Positions 28,231-37,628 of a DNA stretch of 64,000 nucleotides are shown piece by piece (position 1 is the stretch's first letter; every line of letters begins with the position of its first letter). The DNA is taken from assembly GCA_964512985.1 (NCBI GenBank), contig CAZELI010000011.1, positions 383 to 64,382 on the forward strand, given 5' to 3'. This DNA comes from an uncultured Gammaproteobacteria bacterium. Its GTDB lineage: Bacteria > Cyanobacteriota > Vampirovibrionia > LMEP-6097. The notes below the pieces were generated by a model, which worked only from the letters and a program-made list of their open reading frames with translations, did not search any database and was not told the origin of the DNA. Position numbers and translations under genes: made by a program.

Positions 28231-29114
28231 TCTGAACCTAGGTCTATGACACGGTTCTCGCGTTCTGATTTACGAGCAAGTTTAGCTTCTTCGATGATGC
28301 CATCTATAGTAGTGACATCTGACTGGACTGCTCCTGTACATGGCATGCAACCAAGTGAACGGAAACGAGTTTTCATCTTCACTACTTCTTCGCCTTCTTT
28401 AGGGCTAGTAAACTCACTAGATCTATCTATAGGAATAATAATTCCATTACGCACTACTACCTCGCGCTCTACAGCATAATAGATCGGTACTATAGGAATA
28501 TTTTCGATTTTAATATACTCCCAGATATCTACTTCAGTCCAGTTAGACAGCGGAAACACTCTTATAGACTCGCCTTCATTGATCTCTGAATTATATAGAT
28601 TCCATAATTCTGGGCGTTGGTTCTTAGGATCCCACTGACCAAACTCATCACGAATCGAATAAACTCTCTCCTTAGCGCGGGATTTCTCTTCTTCTCTACG
28701 AGCGCCACCGAAAGCAGCATCAAAACCATACTTGGCAAGCCCACTCAAAAGTCCACCTGTTTTCAGAGCGGCACAACACTTATCAGTACCGTATTTAAAA
28801 GGGTTCATTTTACTTGCGATCGCATCTTCATTACGATAAACAAGCAACTTACCACCGATACTATTAATAAACCAATCCCTAAACTCATACATCTCTGGAA
28901 ACTTATAACCAGTATCCACATGCAAAAACGGAAACGGTACAGGCGCTGGGAAGAAAGCCTTACGCGCAAGATGCACCATCACACTAGAATCCTTACCCAC
29001 CGAATAAAGCATTACTGGATTTTTGAACTCTGCAGCTACTTCACGAATAATATGAATCGACTCTGCTTCTAATTGCTTGAGGTGATTTAATTTAGTTTCT
29101 TGTTTTACTGCCAT
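28191..29114 (-). CDS. cysD: Sulfate adenylyltransferase subunit 2
   Basis: PAPS-reductase-fold motifs [40 protein letters not shown]. Confidence 0.9.
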   Translation of the reverse strand: MAVKQETKLNHLKQLEAESIHIIREVAAEFKNPVMLYSVGKDSSVMVHLARKAFFPAPVPFPFLHVDTGYKFPEMYEFRDWFINSIGGKLLVYRNEDAIASKMNPFKYGTDKCCAALKTGGLLSGLAKYGFDAAFGGARREEEKSRAKERVYSIRDEFGQWDPKNQRPELWNLYNSEINEGESIRVFPLSNWTEVDIWEYIKIENIPIVPIYYAVEREVVVRNGIIIPIDRSSEFTSPKEGEEVVKMKTRFRSLGCMPCTGAVQSDVTTIDGIIEEAKLARKSERENRVIDLGSDSSMEQKKKEGYF

Positions 29115-29452
29115 TATCTAATGCAGGAAATTTTAACATTTATCTCGCTTCCCTCTTGAAAACCCTCAAAAATCTTATACATGTCATGTATTAACTTATC
29201 TAAATCAATATTATCTAAGCGAGCTTTATTATCCTTAAAGTTTTTCTGGGCTCTAAGCCATACTTTTTCAGCCCCAATAAGCCTGTTTTCTTGTAATAAG
29301 TGCAAGGCTACAGCACATTGAATAATGCCCTGCACTAATTTCTTATAGTCATCTGCTGGGAGTTGTTTCCAATATTGCTCTAAAACTTCATGAGCTACAA
29401 AGTATTTAGCCTGATTAAAAAGTTGAATACCATGCTCAAATAAAGTCTCCAT
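29114..29452 (-). CDS. DUF309-like helical protein
   Basis: [25 protein letters not shown]...[15 protein letters not shown]. Its stop abuts the cysD start. Confidence 0.65.
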   Translation of the reverse strand: METLFEHGIQLFNQAKYFVAHEVLEQYWKQLPADDYKKLVQGIIQCAVALHLLQENRLIGAEKVWLRAQKNFKDNKARLDNIDLDKLIHDMYKIFEGFQEGSEINVKISCIR

Positions 29453-29470
29453 ATGGGAGAATTATAGCTA
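29453..29470. promoter_or_regulatory. 18-bp divergent intergenic region with a single symmetric ATTATA/TATAAT box
   Basis: Plus strand ATGGGAGAATTATAGCTA. On the minus strand TATAAT (29461-29466) lies 8 nt before the ATG at 29452. On the plus strand AATTAT/TTATAG lies 3-5 nt before the ATG at 29471. Confidence 0.5.
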
Positions 29471-29845
29471 ATGGAGAGTGCTAAAAAAAGTTTTATCAAG
29501 AGCTTTATTATCTACGACTCTGATTGTGGCTTCTGTGAGAACAGTATCGCTCGCTTAAGAAGCATAATTGGTGATCGGATTAATTATGTACCAAGACACG
29601 ATGTCGCCGATGGTGCTTATGGAATTGCTGCAGATGAATCTAACAGAGCAATTCAATTCGTAGAGAATGAAAGTATCGTCTATTCAGGCGCTCATGCTAT
29701 TTTCAAGGCCTTAAGTTATAAATCAGGTTGGGGAATATGGCTTTGGTTTTATAAATATTTACCCGGCTTTAAATTAGTAGCAGAGGCTGTCTATAAAGTA
29801 ATCGCCAAGTTCAGAACTCAAATTAGTGGTTCCTGTAAAATATAA
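29471..29845 (+). CDS. DCC-family thiol-disulfide oxidoreductase (DUF393/YuxK-like)
   Basis: N-terminal IIYDSDCGFCENSIARL. Confidence 0.7.
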   Translation: MESAKKSFIKSFIIYDSDCGFCENSIARLRSIIGDRINYVPRHDVADGAYGIAADESNRAIQFVENESIVYSGAHAIFKALSYKSGWGIWLWFYKYLPGFKLVAEAVYKVIAKFRTQISGSCKI

Positions 29846-29847
29846 CT

Positions 29848-30474
29848 ATGTATAGTAAAGCCTCATCAGAACTCAGTCACAGCGAGAAATATTTTTTCCT
29901 AATTGGTGGTATCAATCCTCGACCTATAGCGTTTGTGTCGACAATGTCGAAGAAGGGAATTTACAATCTTGCACCCTACTCTTTCTTCAATGCCATGAGC
30001 GCTGAACCTCCTATAGTGGTATTCGGACCATCTTGTACTGATGATCCTGAACGCCCATATAAAGATACCTATGTTAATTTAATGGACACTGGTGAATGTG
30101 TTATTCAGATGGTAACCTATGATATGAGAGAAGCTATGGTTCAATGCTCTGCTAGTCTAGCTCCAGAAGTAGACGAGTTTAAGATTTCTGGATTCACGCC
30201 TATTCCTTCAGATATAGTGAAAGCTCCGCGTGTGAAAGAATCTCCATTCCAAATGGAATGTAAATTATTAGAAATGAAAAACTTCGGTAAGTTTCCTGGT
30301 GGTGGTAATATGGCAATCTGTGAAATATTGAAATTTCATATTAGTGAAGAGATTTTTAAACCAGGGACTACTAGAATTGATCCTCTTATTACTGATTTTA
30401 TTGGGCGTAATGGCGGGGCTTTCTATACTAGAGCTAATGCTGAGGCAATGTTTGAGCAGAAGCTACAGACGTAA
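29848..30474 (+). CDS. Flavin reductase-like (FMN-binding split barrel) protein
   Basis: INPRPIAFVSTMSKKGIYNLAPYSFFNAMSAEPP. Confidence 0.7.
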   Translation: MYSKASSELSHSEKYFFLIGGINPRPIAFVSTMSKKGIYNLAPYSFFNAMSAEPPIVVFGPSCTDDPERPYKDTYVNLMDTGECVIQMVTYDMREAMVQCSASLAPEVDEFKISGFTPIPSDIVKAPRVKESPFQMECKLLEMKNFGKFPGGGNMAICEILKFHISEEIFKPGTTRIDPLITDFIGRNGGAFYTRANAEAMFEQKLQT

Positions 30475-31159
30475 TGACATCAACTTCTACACCATTCGGT
30501 AAATCATCTAGGCTCAAGCCATCATCACTGATCTCTATATTAAAGATGGCAGGATTGGATTCTATTAAATTATAAGCATCAGTATCCACGAGCTTAGCCA
30601 GAAGATCAGCACTAATCACTAATTTATCCCCGTCTAGCATCTCAGATTCCAGTTCATCAATGTTAATTTTCTCTGATACCTGATTATCAGTCACCAAGCT
30701 TGATGTATAAGTTTTATCATCTTCATTAATTTTTATAGGTAAGTAATCAGAATGAATCAAACGAGCATCATATGAATCACTGTAATTCTTAGCATCTTGA
30801 TTATCATAAGGATGCAAACCAAACTCTATGGTTTTTCTCAAGGGACTATCTTCTGCATTAAGATCTAACTTAGATAAATAATCTTGAATAATAGTAAGGC
30901 GTTCAGCATTGAGAGCCACATCTACAGTTCCCTTCTTAGGATCATAAGACTTAACGCTGTTAACCAGTGAGTCTTTTAAGGCCGCCAAGAAACTATTAGT
31001 CTCATGAATAACCCTATTAGTAGAAGCCAGGGTCATAGTATCCCAGAGACTTAGGGTTTTACTTTGTTGATGAAAGTTTCTGAAGCTGCTAAAAGTATTG
31101 AACAATAATAAACTAAAACTTACAGCAATAATCACAGCTAAAGCAACAAACGGAATCAT
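30434..31159 (-). CDS. Membrane-anchored hypothetical protein
   Basis: A single N-terminal TM helix followed by an acidic extracytoplasmic region. Confidence 0.4.
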   Translation of the reverse strand: MIPFVALAVIIAVSFSLLLFNTFSSFRNFHQQSKTLSLWDTMTLASTNRVIHETNSFLAALKDSLVNSVKSYDPKKGTVDVALNAERLTIIQDYLSKLDLNAEDSPLRKTIEFGLHPYDNQDAKNYSDSYDARLIHSDYLPIKINEDDKTYTSSLVTDNQVSEKINIDELESEMLDGDKLVISADLLAKLVDTDAYNLIESNPAIFNIEISDDGLSLDDLPNGVEVDVITSVASAQTLPQH

Positions 31160-31331
31160 AGTGAGAGATATTCTAGCAAGGTCAAATTAAGGGAAAGGTG
31201 TATTAACCTGCCACACTTTTCACTTCGTACGCGTCTGTGACACTTTCAACATAGAATCAAATTCGAAGCATTTATTTTGAACTTTTATAGGTAGTAACAC
31301 CTATCTAAGGGTTAATCATAAGTATGATACA

Positions 31332-31360
31332 ATCCTTTTATAAGGATATTAGGGTATAAA
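31332..31360 (+). promoter_or_regulatory. Operator-like inverted repeat plus -10 box of the RHH/YafQ-like TA pair
   Basis: ATCCTT-TTAT-AAGGAT (31332-31347), then TAGGGTATAAA with TATAAA at 31355-31360, 6 nt before the ATG at 31367. Closely resembles the hipBA promoter module. Confidence 0.55.
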
Positions 31361-31366
31361 ATTACT

Positions 31367-31669
31367 ATGAATCAAGATTCCAAAATACAAATACCTCTTA
31401 ATAGTAAACTTAAAGCAGCGTTGCGCAAGAAATCCGAAGCCTATGGTTTCTCATCAGTCAATGAAGCATTGAGACTTTTAATTCAAAATTTTGTGACCGG
31501 TAATATAGTAATTCAATTTGTGCAACCTAATCTAAATCAATCTATTCCCTATCTTGATTTAGAGACTGAATCAAGAATGACCAAGAACCTTCAAGAAATT
31601 AGAGATGGTGATTATGACATCTTAGACTTCGAAAAGAATCCCAATGCCCTTAAAGACCTACTAGAATAA
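31367..31669 (+). CDS. RHH-type antitoxin (RelB/DinJ-like)
   Basis: IQIPLNSKLKAALRKKSEAYGFSSVNEALRLLI (beta strand then two helices). Lies 16 nt upstream of the toxin gene. Confidence 0.6.
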   Translation: MNQDSKIQIPLNSKLKAALRKKSEAYGFSSVNEALRLLIQNFVTGNIVIQFVQPNLNQSIPYLDLETESRMTKNLQEIRDGDYDILDFEKNPNALKDLLE

Positions 31670-31685
31670 ACCATTCAAGTAATTA

Positions 31686-31973
31686 ATGTACAGAATTAAA
31701 CAATCCAAATCTTTTAGCAAATCGCTAAAGAAGCTTGTAAGGCTACATCGTATTGATATAGATCAGATTAACTACATTTTCTTTTTATTGGCAAAAGATC
31801 CTTTCACCAGATCTCTCAAAACTCATAAGGTGAACAGTAAAAAGCATGGAGTCCAATACAGTTCAAGGGTTGACGGAGACTTAAGATTAGTTTGGAATTT
31901 TGACAACGACAATAATCTCGTCATAATCATCGCCGATATTGGTGGTCATTCAGGTTCAAGTAAAGTATATTAG
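31686..31973 (+). CDS. RelE/YafQ-family mRNA interferase toxin
   Basis: 95 aa with KTHKVNSKKHGVQYSSRVDGDLRLVWNF...LVIIIADIGGH, the typical YafQ/RelE pattern. Confidence 0.7.
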   Translation: MYRIKQSKSFSKSLKKLVRLHRIDIDQINYIFFLLAKDPFTRSLKTHKVNSKKHGVQYSSRVDGDLRLVWNFDNDNNLVIIIADIGGHSGSSKVY

Positions 31974-33190
31974 CGCTTATAATAACTCAACACCTTATCC
32001 AGCGCCTCAATAACATCACTAGCATCTTCAGCAGACATACCTTGAGAGATAGGGATACTAAGTATCTCATCAGCGAGCTTAGTAGCATTAGGCAGCTTAT
32101 AAACATCGATCTCTAAAGTCTCTTTATAAAATTTATGCAAGTGTAGAGGTTTATAATGCACTCCACAACCAATGCCCTCAGCTTGCAGTGCATTAAGTAT
32201 ATGGTCTCTGTCTACTTTAAGTTTATCCAGTTCAAGACGAATAATATATAAATGTCTTGCATGTATAGAATCAGTCCAGCTTGGATCTAGCTCAGCAGGC
32301 GGCTTAGCGGGTAGCTTCCTGGATAAAATTTCGTTAGTATAATACAACCAAGTCTTTTCGCGAACTGCTAGGTAGTCATAAATCTCATCAAGATGCGCAA
32401 GTCCAAGTGCAGCTTGAATATCCGTCATATTATACTTGAAGCCCAAACGAATCGCCTCATAATGCTTAAACCCAGACTCTGAGAACCGTTTCCAAGCATC
32501 AGAACTTAAACCATGCAACCCACTTTCATTAATTTGGTCAGTATGTTTATCGTCATTCCAAACAATCAAACCACCTTCACCAGTAGTAAGATTCTTAGTA
32601 GCATAAAAACTATAACAACCGATATCCCCAATAGATCCAGTAACCCGTCCCTTATATTTACCTTCTATAGAATGTGCCGAATCTTCTATAACATGTAGCT
32701 GATATTCCTTAGCAAGCGCTAAGATAGCATCCATATCTACCGGATGTCCAGCTAAGTGTACAGGAATTATCGCCTTGGTTTTAGGAGTTATAGCGTTTTT
32801 AACAGCGTTAATATCCAGATTAAAAGTATTGTAATCTACGTCTACAAGAACTGGCGTAGCTCTCTCAAACAAGACACTATTAGCTGTAGCACAGAAAGTG
32901 TAACTCGGTACTATTACTTCATCACCCTCACCTATATTCAAAGCTCTCACAGCCAGGTGCAATGCAGCAGTACAAGAGTTAACGGCCTTTGCATGCGGCG
33001 TACCGATATGCTTACGAAGCTTCTCTTCAAACTCCTTAACTTTAGGTCCAGCTCCAATCCAACCAGAATGCAAGGAATCAATCACCCCTGCAATAGCCCT
33101 ATCATCTATCTTAGGTTTAGCAAAGACCAAGAATTGCTCTCTAGTTTTAGAGCCACCTTCGATCGCTGGTAGTTTTGTTTTCGTGGACAT
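31970..33190 (-). CDS. DegT/DnrJ/EryC1-family PLP-dependent sugar aminotransferase
   Basis: FYATKNLTTGEGG (PLP lysine region) and DSAHSIEG. Start placed at MSTKTKLPAIEGG, 2 nt after the rfbB stop (TAAAAATG). Confidence 0.85.
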   Translation of the reverse strand: MSTKTKLPAIEGGSKTREQFLVFAKPKIDDRAIAGVIDSLHSGWIGAGPKVKEFEEKLRKHIGTPHAKAVNSCTAALHLAVRALNIGEGDEVIVPSYTFCATANSVLFERATPVLVDVDYNTFNLDINAVKNAITPKTKAIIPVHLAGHPVDMDAILALAKEYQLHVIEDSAHSIEGKYKGRVTGSIGDIGCYSFYATKNLTTGEGGLIVWNDDKHTDQINESGLHGLSSDAWKRFSESGFKHYEAIRLGFKYNMTDIQAALGLAHLDEIYDYLAVREKTWLYYTNEILSRKLPAKPPAELDPSWTDSIHARHLYIIRLELDKLKVDRDHILNALQAEGIGCGVHYKPLHLHKFYKETLEIDVYKLPNATKLADEILSIPISQGMSAEDASDVIEALDKVLSYYKR

Positions 33191-33192
33191 TT

Positions 33193-34176
33193 TTAAATTA
33201 ATGCGGGCTTGACCTTCAGCCAATGACTATTAGTTTGGTACCATTCGATCGTTTTCGCCAACTCATCCTCGAAACCTACTTCTAGCTTAAATCCTAGAGC
33301 TTTAATTTTAGAACCATCCATAGAATAACGCAGATCATGCCCCTTACGATCTTCGACAAACTTAATTAATGACTCATTCTTGCCGAGTACCCTAAGAATA
33401 GCTCTAGCTAGATCAATATTCTGTACTTCTTCATGTCCAGGAATATTATAGATCTCTCCTATCTGTCCCCTAGTACGAACCAGATCCACGGCTCTACAAT
33501 TATCCTCTACGTAAATCCAGTCTCTGACATTATTTCCAGTACCATAGACAGGAATAGGCTGATTATTCAGGGCGTTACTAATAACCACAGGAATAAATTT
33601 CTCAGGATATTGATAAGGTCCAAAGTTATTACTAGAGCGAGTAGTGATACAAGGTAATTTAAAAGTTCTATAGTAAGCTCTTACAAGGCAGTCTGCAGAA
33701 GCCTTAGAAGCAGAGTAAGGGTTATTAGGCTGTATTGGAGAATCTTCCTTAGTAGAAGGTGAATTGAAATCTAAAGAACCGTAAACCTCATCAGTACTAA
33801 TTTGCAAGAATAATTGAGGTTCATATTTAAGAGCCATATCTAATAAACGCTGCGTACCGATTACATTATTAACAGTGAAAGCCTCTGGATTAGTTATAGA
33901 GTTATCTACGTGAGAATTAGCCGCAAAGTTAATCACCTGATCAAATTTATGCTCTGCAAATAACTTATTCAATAAATCCTTATCTAATATAGAACCATGA
34001 ACGAAACGGTATCTATCAGGATCTTTGTCCTTATGATTGTTTTTAGAAATTTCAAAATCTAAATTATCAATATTAACGATTTCTGTATCAGGATAAGAAT
34101 TATAAATAAGGTTAAGGAAATTGGTTCCTATAAAACCATTACAACCTGTTAAAAGTATCTTCTTCGCTTGACGCAC
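33193..34176 (-). CDS. rfbB: dTDP-glucose 4,6-dehydratase
   Basis: TGCNGFIGTNF, YSASKASAD (YxxxK), and C-terminal WYQTN. GTG start. Confidence 0.85.
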   Translation of the reverse strand: MRQAKKILLTGCNGFIGTNFLNLIYNSYPDTEIVNIDNLDFEISKNNHKDKDPDRYRFVHGSILDKDLLNKLFAEHKFDQVINFAANSHVDNSITNPEAFTVNNVIGTQRLLDMALKYEPQLFLQISTDEVYGSLDFNSPSTKEDSPIQPNNPYSASKASADCLVRAYYRTFKLPCITTRSSNNFGPYQYPEKFIPVVISNALNNQPIPVYGTGNNVRDWIYVEDNCRAVDLVRTRGQIGEIYNIPGHEEVQNIDLARAILRVLGKNESLIKFVEDRKGHDLRYSMDGSKIKALGFKLEVGFEDELAKTIEWYQTNSHWLKVKPALI

Positions 34177-34222
34177 AATAATAAGGGTAACATAGAATTA
34201 TTTCTAAAATCTCATTTTTGTT

Positions 34223-35635
34223 TTAGCTCAGTTGCTTAATTAACCTAGGTATCTCAGCTATAGCATAAAACGGAACTGATAAAACATTGTTATCGAATTC
34301 TAATTTCTTCTGACAAATTCTTATACCAAAAGGTATTTTATATTCTTCTAATAAAAGATGAAGGCTTTTAAGTCGACCTGTTTTCCCTGATTTAACTTCT
34401 ATAGGCCAGATCCGTCCTTTATAAGCTATAAGATAGTCTATCTCAGCTGAGCTATTTTTTGCTTCACGTTCCCAATAATAAAGCTTAGGCTCTTCATAAT
34501 AAGGTTTAAGAGATAAAAGTTCTTGTCCAACGAATTGCTCAGTGATTGCTCCTTGAGCCAAAGAGTGAAAACTCTCGCTATTTAATATCTCATTAATTAT
34601 TTCACTATCACTTCCTAATAATTTACAAGCAAGACCAACATCTAAAAAAAGAGTCTTAAAATGTTTTTCTGAAGAGTTCGCTTCTAATGGCAAACCTGCA
34701 GCACTAGCTTTACGAATCTTCAGTAGTACACCAACATCAACTAAGAGTTCATATGCTTTTTTTATTTCCTGTGAATTTAATTCTTTATCTATTTTAGAAT
34801 ATTTAAATTTCTCACCAATTTGCTTCACCGAATTAATAAAAACAGACTCTAAATATTTATGCATAGCCAAATTGGAATATTTACCAAAATCTTTTTTATA
34901 AGAATATAGAATCTTACTTAATTCCTTATCGATAGCTTCTGATCTCTCACCAAGTTCTTTTTCTTTCAGAAAATATTGATTTAATACAGCTGGCATACCA
35001 CCTAAATAGAAATACTTCTTCACTTCATCCAATAATTTATTATGGCTAAAATCATCCAATGGTTTATTTAGATCCATTAACTTGATTTCGTTAACTATAT
35101 CTTTGGAGCCATTATATCTTTCGATTAGAAATTCATAGAAAGTTAATGGTCCAAGGAAAAGGAAATCAATTCTTCCAACTGGTATAGAAATTTCACCGGA
35201 ATTAAGCAAGAACTCCAACAATGAACCAGTTGCAATTATATGCAAGCCTGGATTCTTCTCGAAAAAATACCGCATCGCAATTATCGCCTCTGGGCAATCT
35301 TGCACTTCATCTAAAAAAACTAAAGTTTTTTGATTAATAAGTTTTTTACCAAATTCTTGAAAAATTTTATTACCAATTTTTTGGGGATCAGGATCAGAGA
35401 AAATATTTTTGTATTCAAAATTAAATTCAAAATTAATATAAATATATTCATCAAAATTTTCTATCGCAAACTTCTCAATAACATAAGTTTTCCCAACCTG
35501 CCTTGCTCCTCTTAATAAAACAGGATTAGGTTTTTCTGCCCGTCTCCACTTCATCAATTCTTCTTCTATAAATCTATACATATCCTTGTTATTATACCCT
35601 TTACTTGAAAACAACCCCATATTTTCAAGTATCAT
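34223..35635 (-). CDS. AAA-ATPase with C-terminal PD-(D/E)xK-like motif (AAA_14/DUF4143-like), copy 2
   Basis: Walker A GARQVGKTY, Walker B VFLDEVQ, C-terminal AEIDYLIAYKGRIWPIEVKSGK. Confidence 0.7.
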   Translation of the reverse strand: MILENMGLFSSKGYNNKDMYRFIEEELMKWRRAEKPNPVLLRGARQVGKTYVIEKFAIENFDEYIYINFEFNFEYKNIFSDPDPQKIGNKIFQEFGKKLINQKTLVFLDEVQDCPEAIIAMRYFFEKNPGLHIIATGSLLEFLLNSGEISIPVGRIDFLFLGPLTFYEFLIERYNGSKDIVNEIKLMDLNKPLDDFSHNKLLDEVKKYFYLGGMPAVLNQYFLKEKELGERSEAIDKELSKILYSYKKDFGKYSNLAMHKYLESVFINSVKQIGEKFKYSKIDKELNSQEIKKAYELLVDVGVLLKIRKASAAGLPLEANSSEKHFKTLFLDVGLACKLLGSDSEIINEILNSESFHSLAQGAITEQFVGQELLSLKPYYEEPKLYYWEREAKNSSAEIDYLIAYKGRIWPIEVKSGKTGRLKSLHLLLEEYKIPFGIRICQKKLEFDNNVLSVPFYAIAEIPRLIKQLS

Positions 35636-35708
35636 ACATAAAAATTACCTTGTATTTTTAACTCTTACACTTAAAAATACAGGGTGATTTCGAAATTTAA
35701 GGAAAATC

Positions 35709-37628
35709 TTAATAAGTAGGCTTATACTCGTCTATCCACAACTGTAAACTTAATAATGCCCACAATAATTTACGATTATTAGTTTTATGATTCAGATGCT
35801 CATCTGTAAGTTTTTTGATACCTTGATAATCAAAAATACCCTGAGATTCTAATCTATCTTTAGACAGTAAATCTAGCATGGGTTCTTTAAGATCTTCTCT
35901 AAGCCATTGCGTAATAGGGATCCCAAAGCCCTTCTTCGGTCGATAAATAACTTCATCAGGCAGATATTTCTCAGCAACTTTCTTCAATATATATTTAGTT
36001 TGTAAAGTTTTAAGCTTAAATCTATCAGGCAACATTGAAACATACTCTACTAAACGATGATCTAGAAACGGCGAGCGGATCTCTAGAGAGTTTTGCATGC
36101 TAGCTCGATCAGACTTAACTAAAATATCATCAGTTAAGTAAAGTTTTTGACTTAGATAAAGCAGTCTATCTGTTTCGTTATGAATATTAGTCCTGGCCAA
36201 ATATCTATTAAGATCCGAATAAGTAAGCTGTCCAAGAATTTTATCCTGATAGTTTTTACTTAGAATACCTTTCTTTTCCTGATCAAGAAAGCCACCCATC
36301 CATCTAAAGAAGCGGATTTCACTAGCCACACCAGCTCCTCTGAAGAATTGTTTAAGTTTAAAATCCAGTGCAATATTTTTATTAGAGATAGGGATTATTG
36401 AACCCTGTGCTTTGCTAAATAAAGTAGTTAATCTAGAACGCAGCTCGTAAGGAATAATATTATAGATTTGCACTAACTTGTTTGCGCTATAAGTGGGGTA
36501 ACCAGCAAACATCTCATCTGCACCATCGCCGCCCATGACAGTCTTAACATTCTTCGCTGTCATCTGCGATAAGAAGTAAGTAGGCACTATAGAAGCATCA
36601 GCCATAGGCTCATCCATAATACGACCAAGCTGACCAAAAACAGAAAGCATATCCTTGGAACTCACTACCTGAGAGTAATGCTCTAGATCATACTTAGAAA
36701 CTATCTTCTTGATATAACTTGATTCATCATAGCTAGCCTCATCAAAATAAATAGAAAAACTTTTAATTCTTTCACTACCAGATTTAACCTTTGAGGCTAT
36801 CGCCGTCACCAAGCTAGAATCAATACCACCACTTAGCAGAACTCCTACTGGCACATCAGCCTGCATACGTATCTTAATGGAGTCGCTCAGTAAAGAGTCT
36901 ATTTGCTCTATGGCTTCTTGCTCAGTGTGAACAGTACCTTCCTGGAAACCATAGTTAGGGTGCTGCCAGTAGAAGCTCTTCTTCATTTCATTCTCATCGA
37001 TTACAGCCATCTCACCGGCTTCAAGCTTCCAGACTTGATCTAAGATAGTATAAGGAGTTGGCACATATTCGTAAGTAAGATATTTATTAAGACCTTCGCT
37101 AGAGAGTTCTCGCGAGCAGTGTGGATGCTTAACTAAGGCTTTAAGTTCTGAAGCAAAAAACACTTCATTACCTTTACGTTGATAAAAGAGCGGCTTCTCA
37201 CCCATACGATCTCTGGCTAAGATCAGTTTCTCTTCCTCTATGTCCCAGAGGGCAAAAGCAAACATACCATTAAGTTGCTTCACAAAATCCAGACCGGATT
37301 TTTTGTATAAATTAAGGATTACTTCCGTATCAGAACCAGTCTTGAACGGGAAACCCTGCTTCTCTAATCTTGACTTAAGTTCTTTATAGTTATAGATCTC
37401 ACCATTAAATACAATCACTTGTTTTCTATCAAAGGAAAACATTGGTTGATGTCCCGTCTCAAGACCAACGATACTCAATCTTCTAAAGCCAAGATTAATT
37501 TTCCGTTGAATCTCTATACCAGAATCATCTGGTCCCCTATGTAGAATGCTGTCACACATAGTAGTAAGAACTTTCTCTTTATCAAAGCCTAAATCTTTAA
37601 AGCTGGTAAACCCTACTATCCCGCACAT
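35709..37628 (-). CDS. asnB: Asparagine synthase (glutamine-hydrolysing)-family amidotransferase
   Basis: N-terminal MCGIVG (Ntn Cys2) and PP-loop LLSGGIDSS. 639 aa. Confidence 0.85.
   Translation of the reverse strand: MCGIVGFTSFKDLGFDKEKVLTTMCDSILHRGPDDSGIEIQRKINLGFRRLSIVGLETGHQPMFSFDRKQVIVFNGEIYNYKELKSRLEKQGFPFKTGSDTEVILNLYKKSGLDFVKQLNGMFAFALWDIEEEKLILARDRMGEKPLFYQRKGNEVFFASELKALVKHPHCSRELSSEGLNKYLTYEYVPTPYTILDQVWKLEAGEMAVIDENEMKKSFYWQHPNYGFQEGTVHTEQEAIEQIDSLLSDSIKIRMQADVPVGVLLSGGIDSSLVTAIASKVKSGSERIKSFSIYFDEASYDESSYIKKIVSKYDLEHYSQVVSSKDMLSVFGQLGRIMDEPMADASIVPTYFLSQMTAKNVKTVMGGDGADEMFAGYPTYSANKLVQIYNIIPYELRSRLTTLFSKAQGSIIPISNKNIALDFKLKQFFRGAGVASEIRFFRWMGGFLDQEKKGILSKNYQDKILGQLTYSDLNRYLARTNIHNETDRLLYLSQKLYLTDDILVKSDRASMQNSLEIRSPFLDHRLVEYVSMLPDRFKLKTLQTKYILKKVAEKYLPDEVIYRPKKGFGIPITQWLREDLKEPMLDLLSKDRLESQGIFDYQGIKKLTDEHLNHKTNNRKLLWALLSLQLWIDEYKPTY

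Noticed and set aside
35650-35685. Inverted repeat CCTTGTATTTTTAA...TTAAAAATACAGGG between asnB and ATPase copy 2, considered as an intrinsic terminator
   Set aside because: The stem is almost entirely A/T, with no clear downstream U-run in the transcribed orientation. It cannot be separated from chance AT-rich symmetry without folding energies.
35694-35707. 14-mer AATTTAAGGAAAAT shared upstream of ATPase copies 2 and 3 (also at 52947-52960, with a variant at 52980-52993), considered as a dedicated regulatory site
   Set aside because: In DNA this AT-rich, exact 14-mers are expected to recur by chance many times in 64 kb on both strands. The distance to the start codon also differs between the two genes. 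It is mentioned only as a weak hint.
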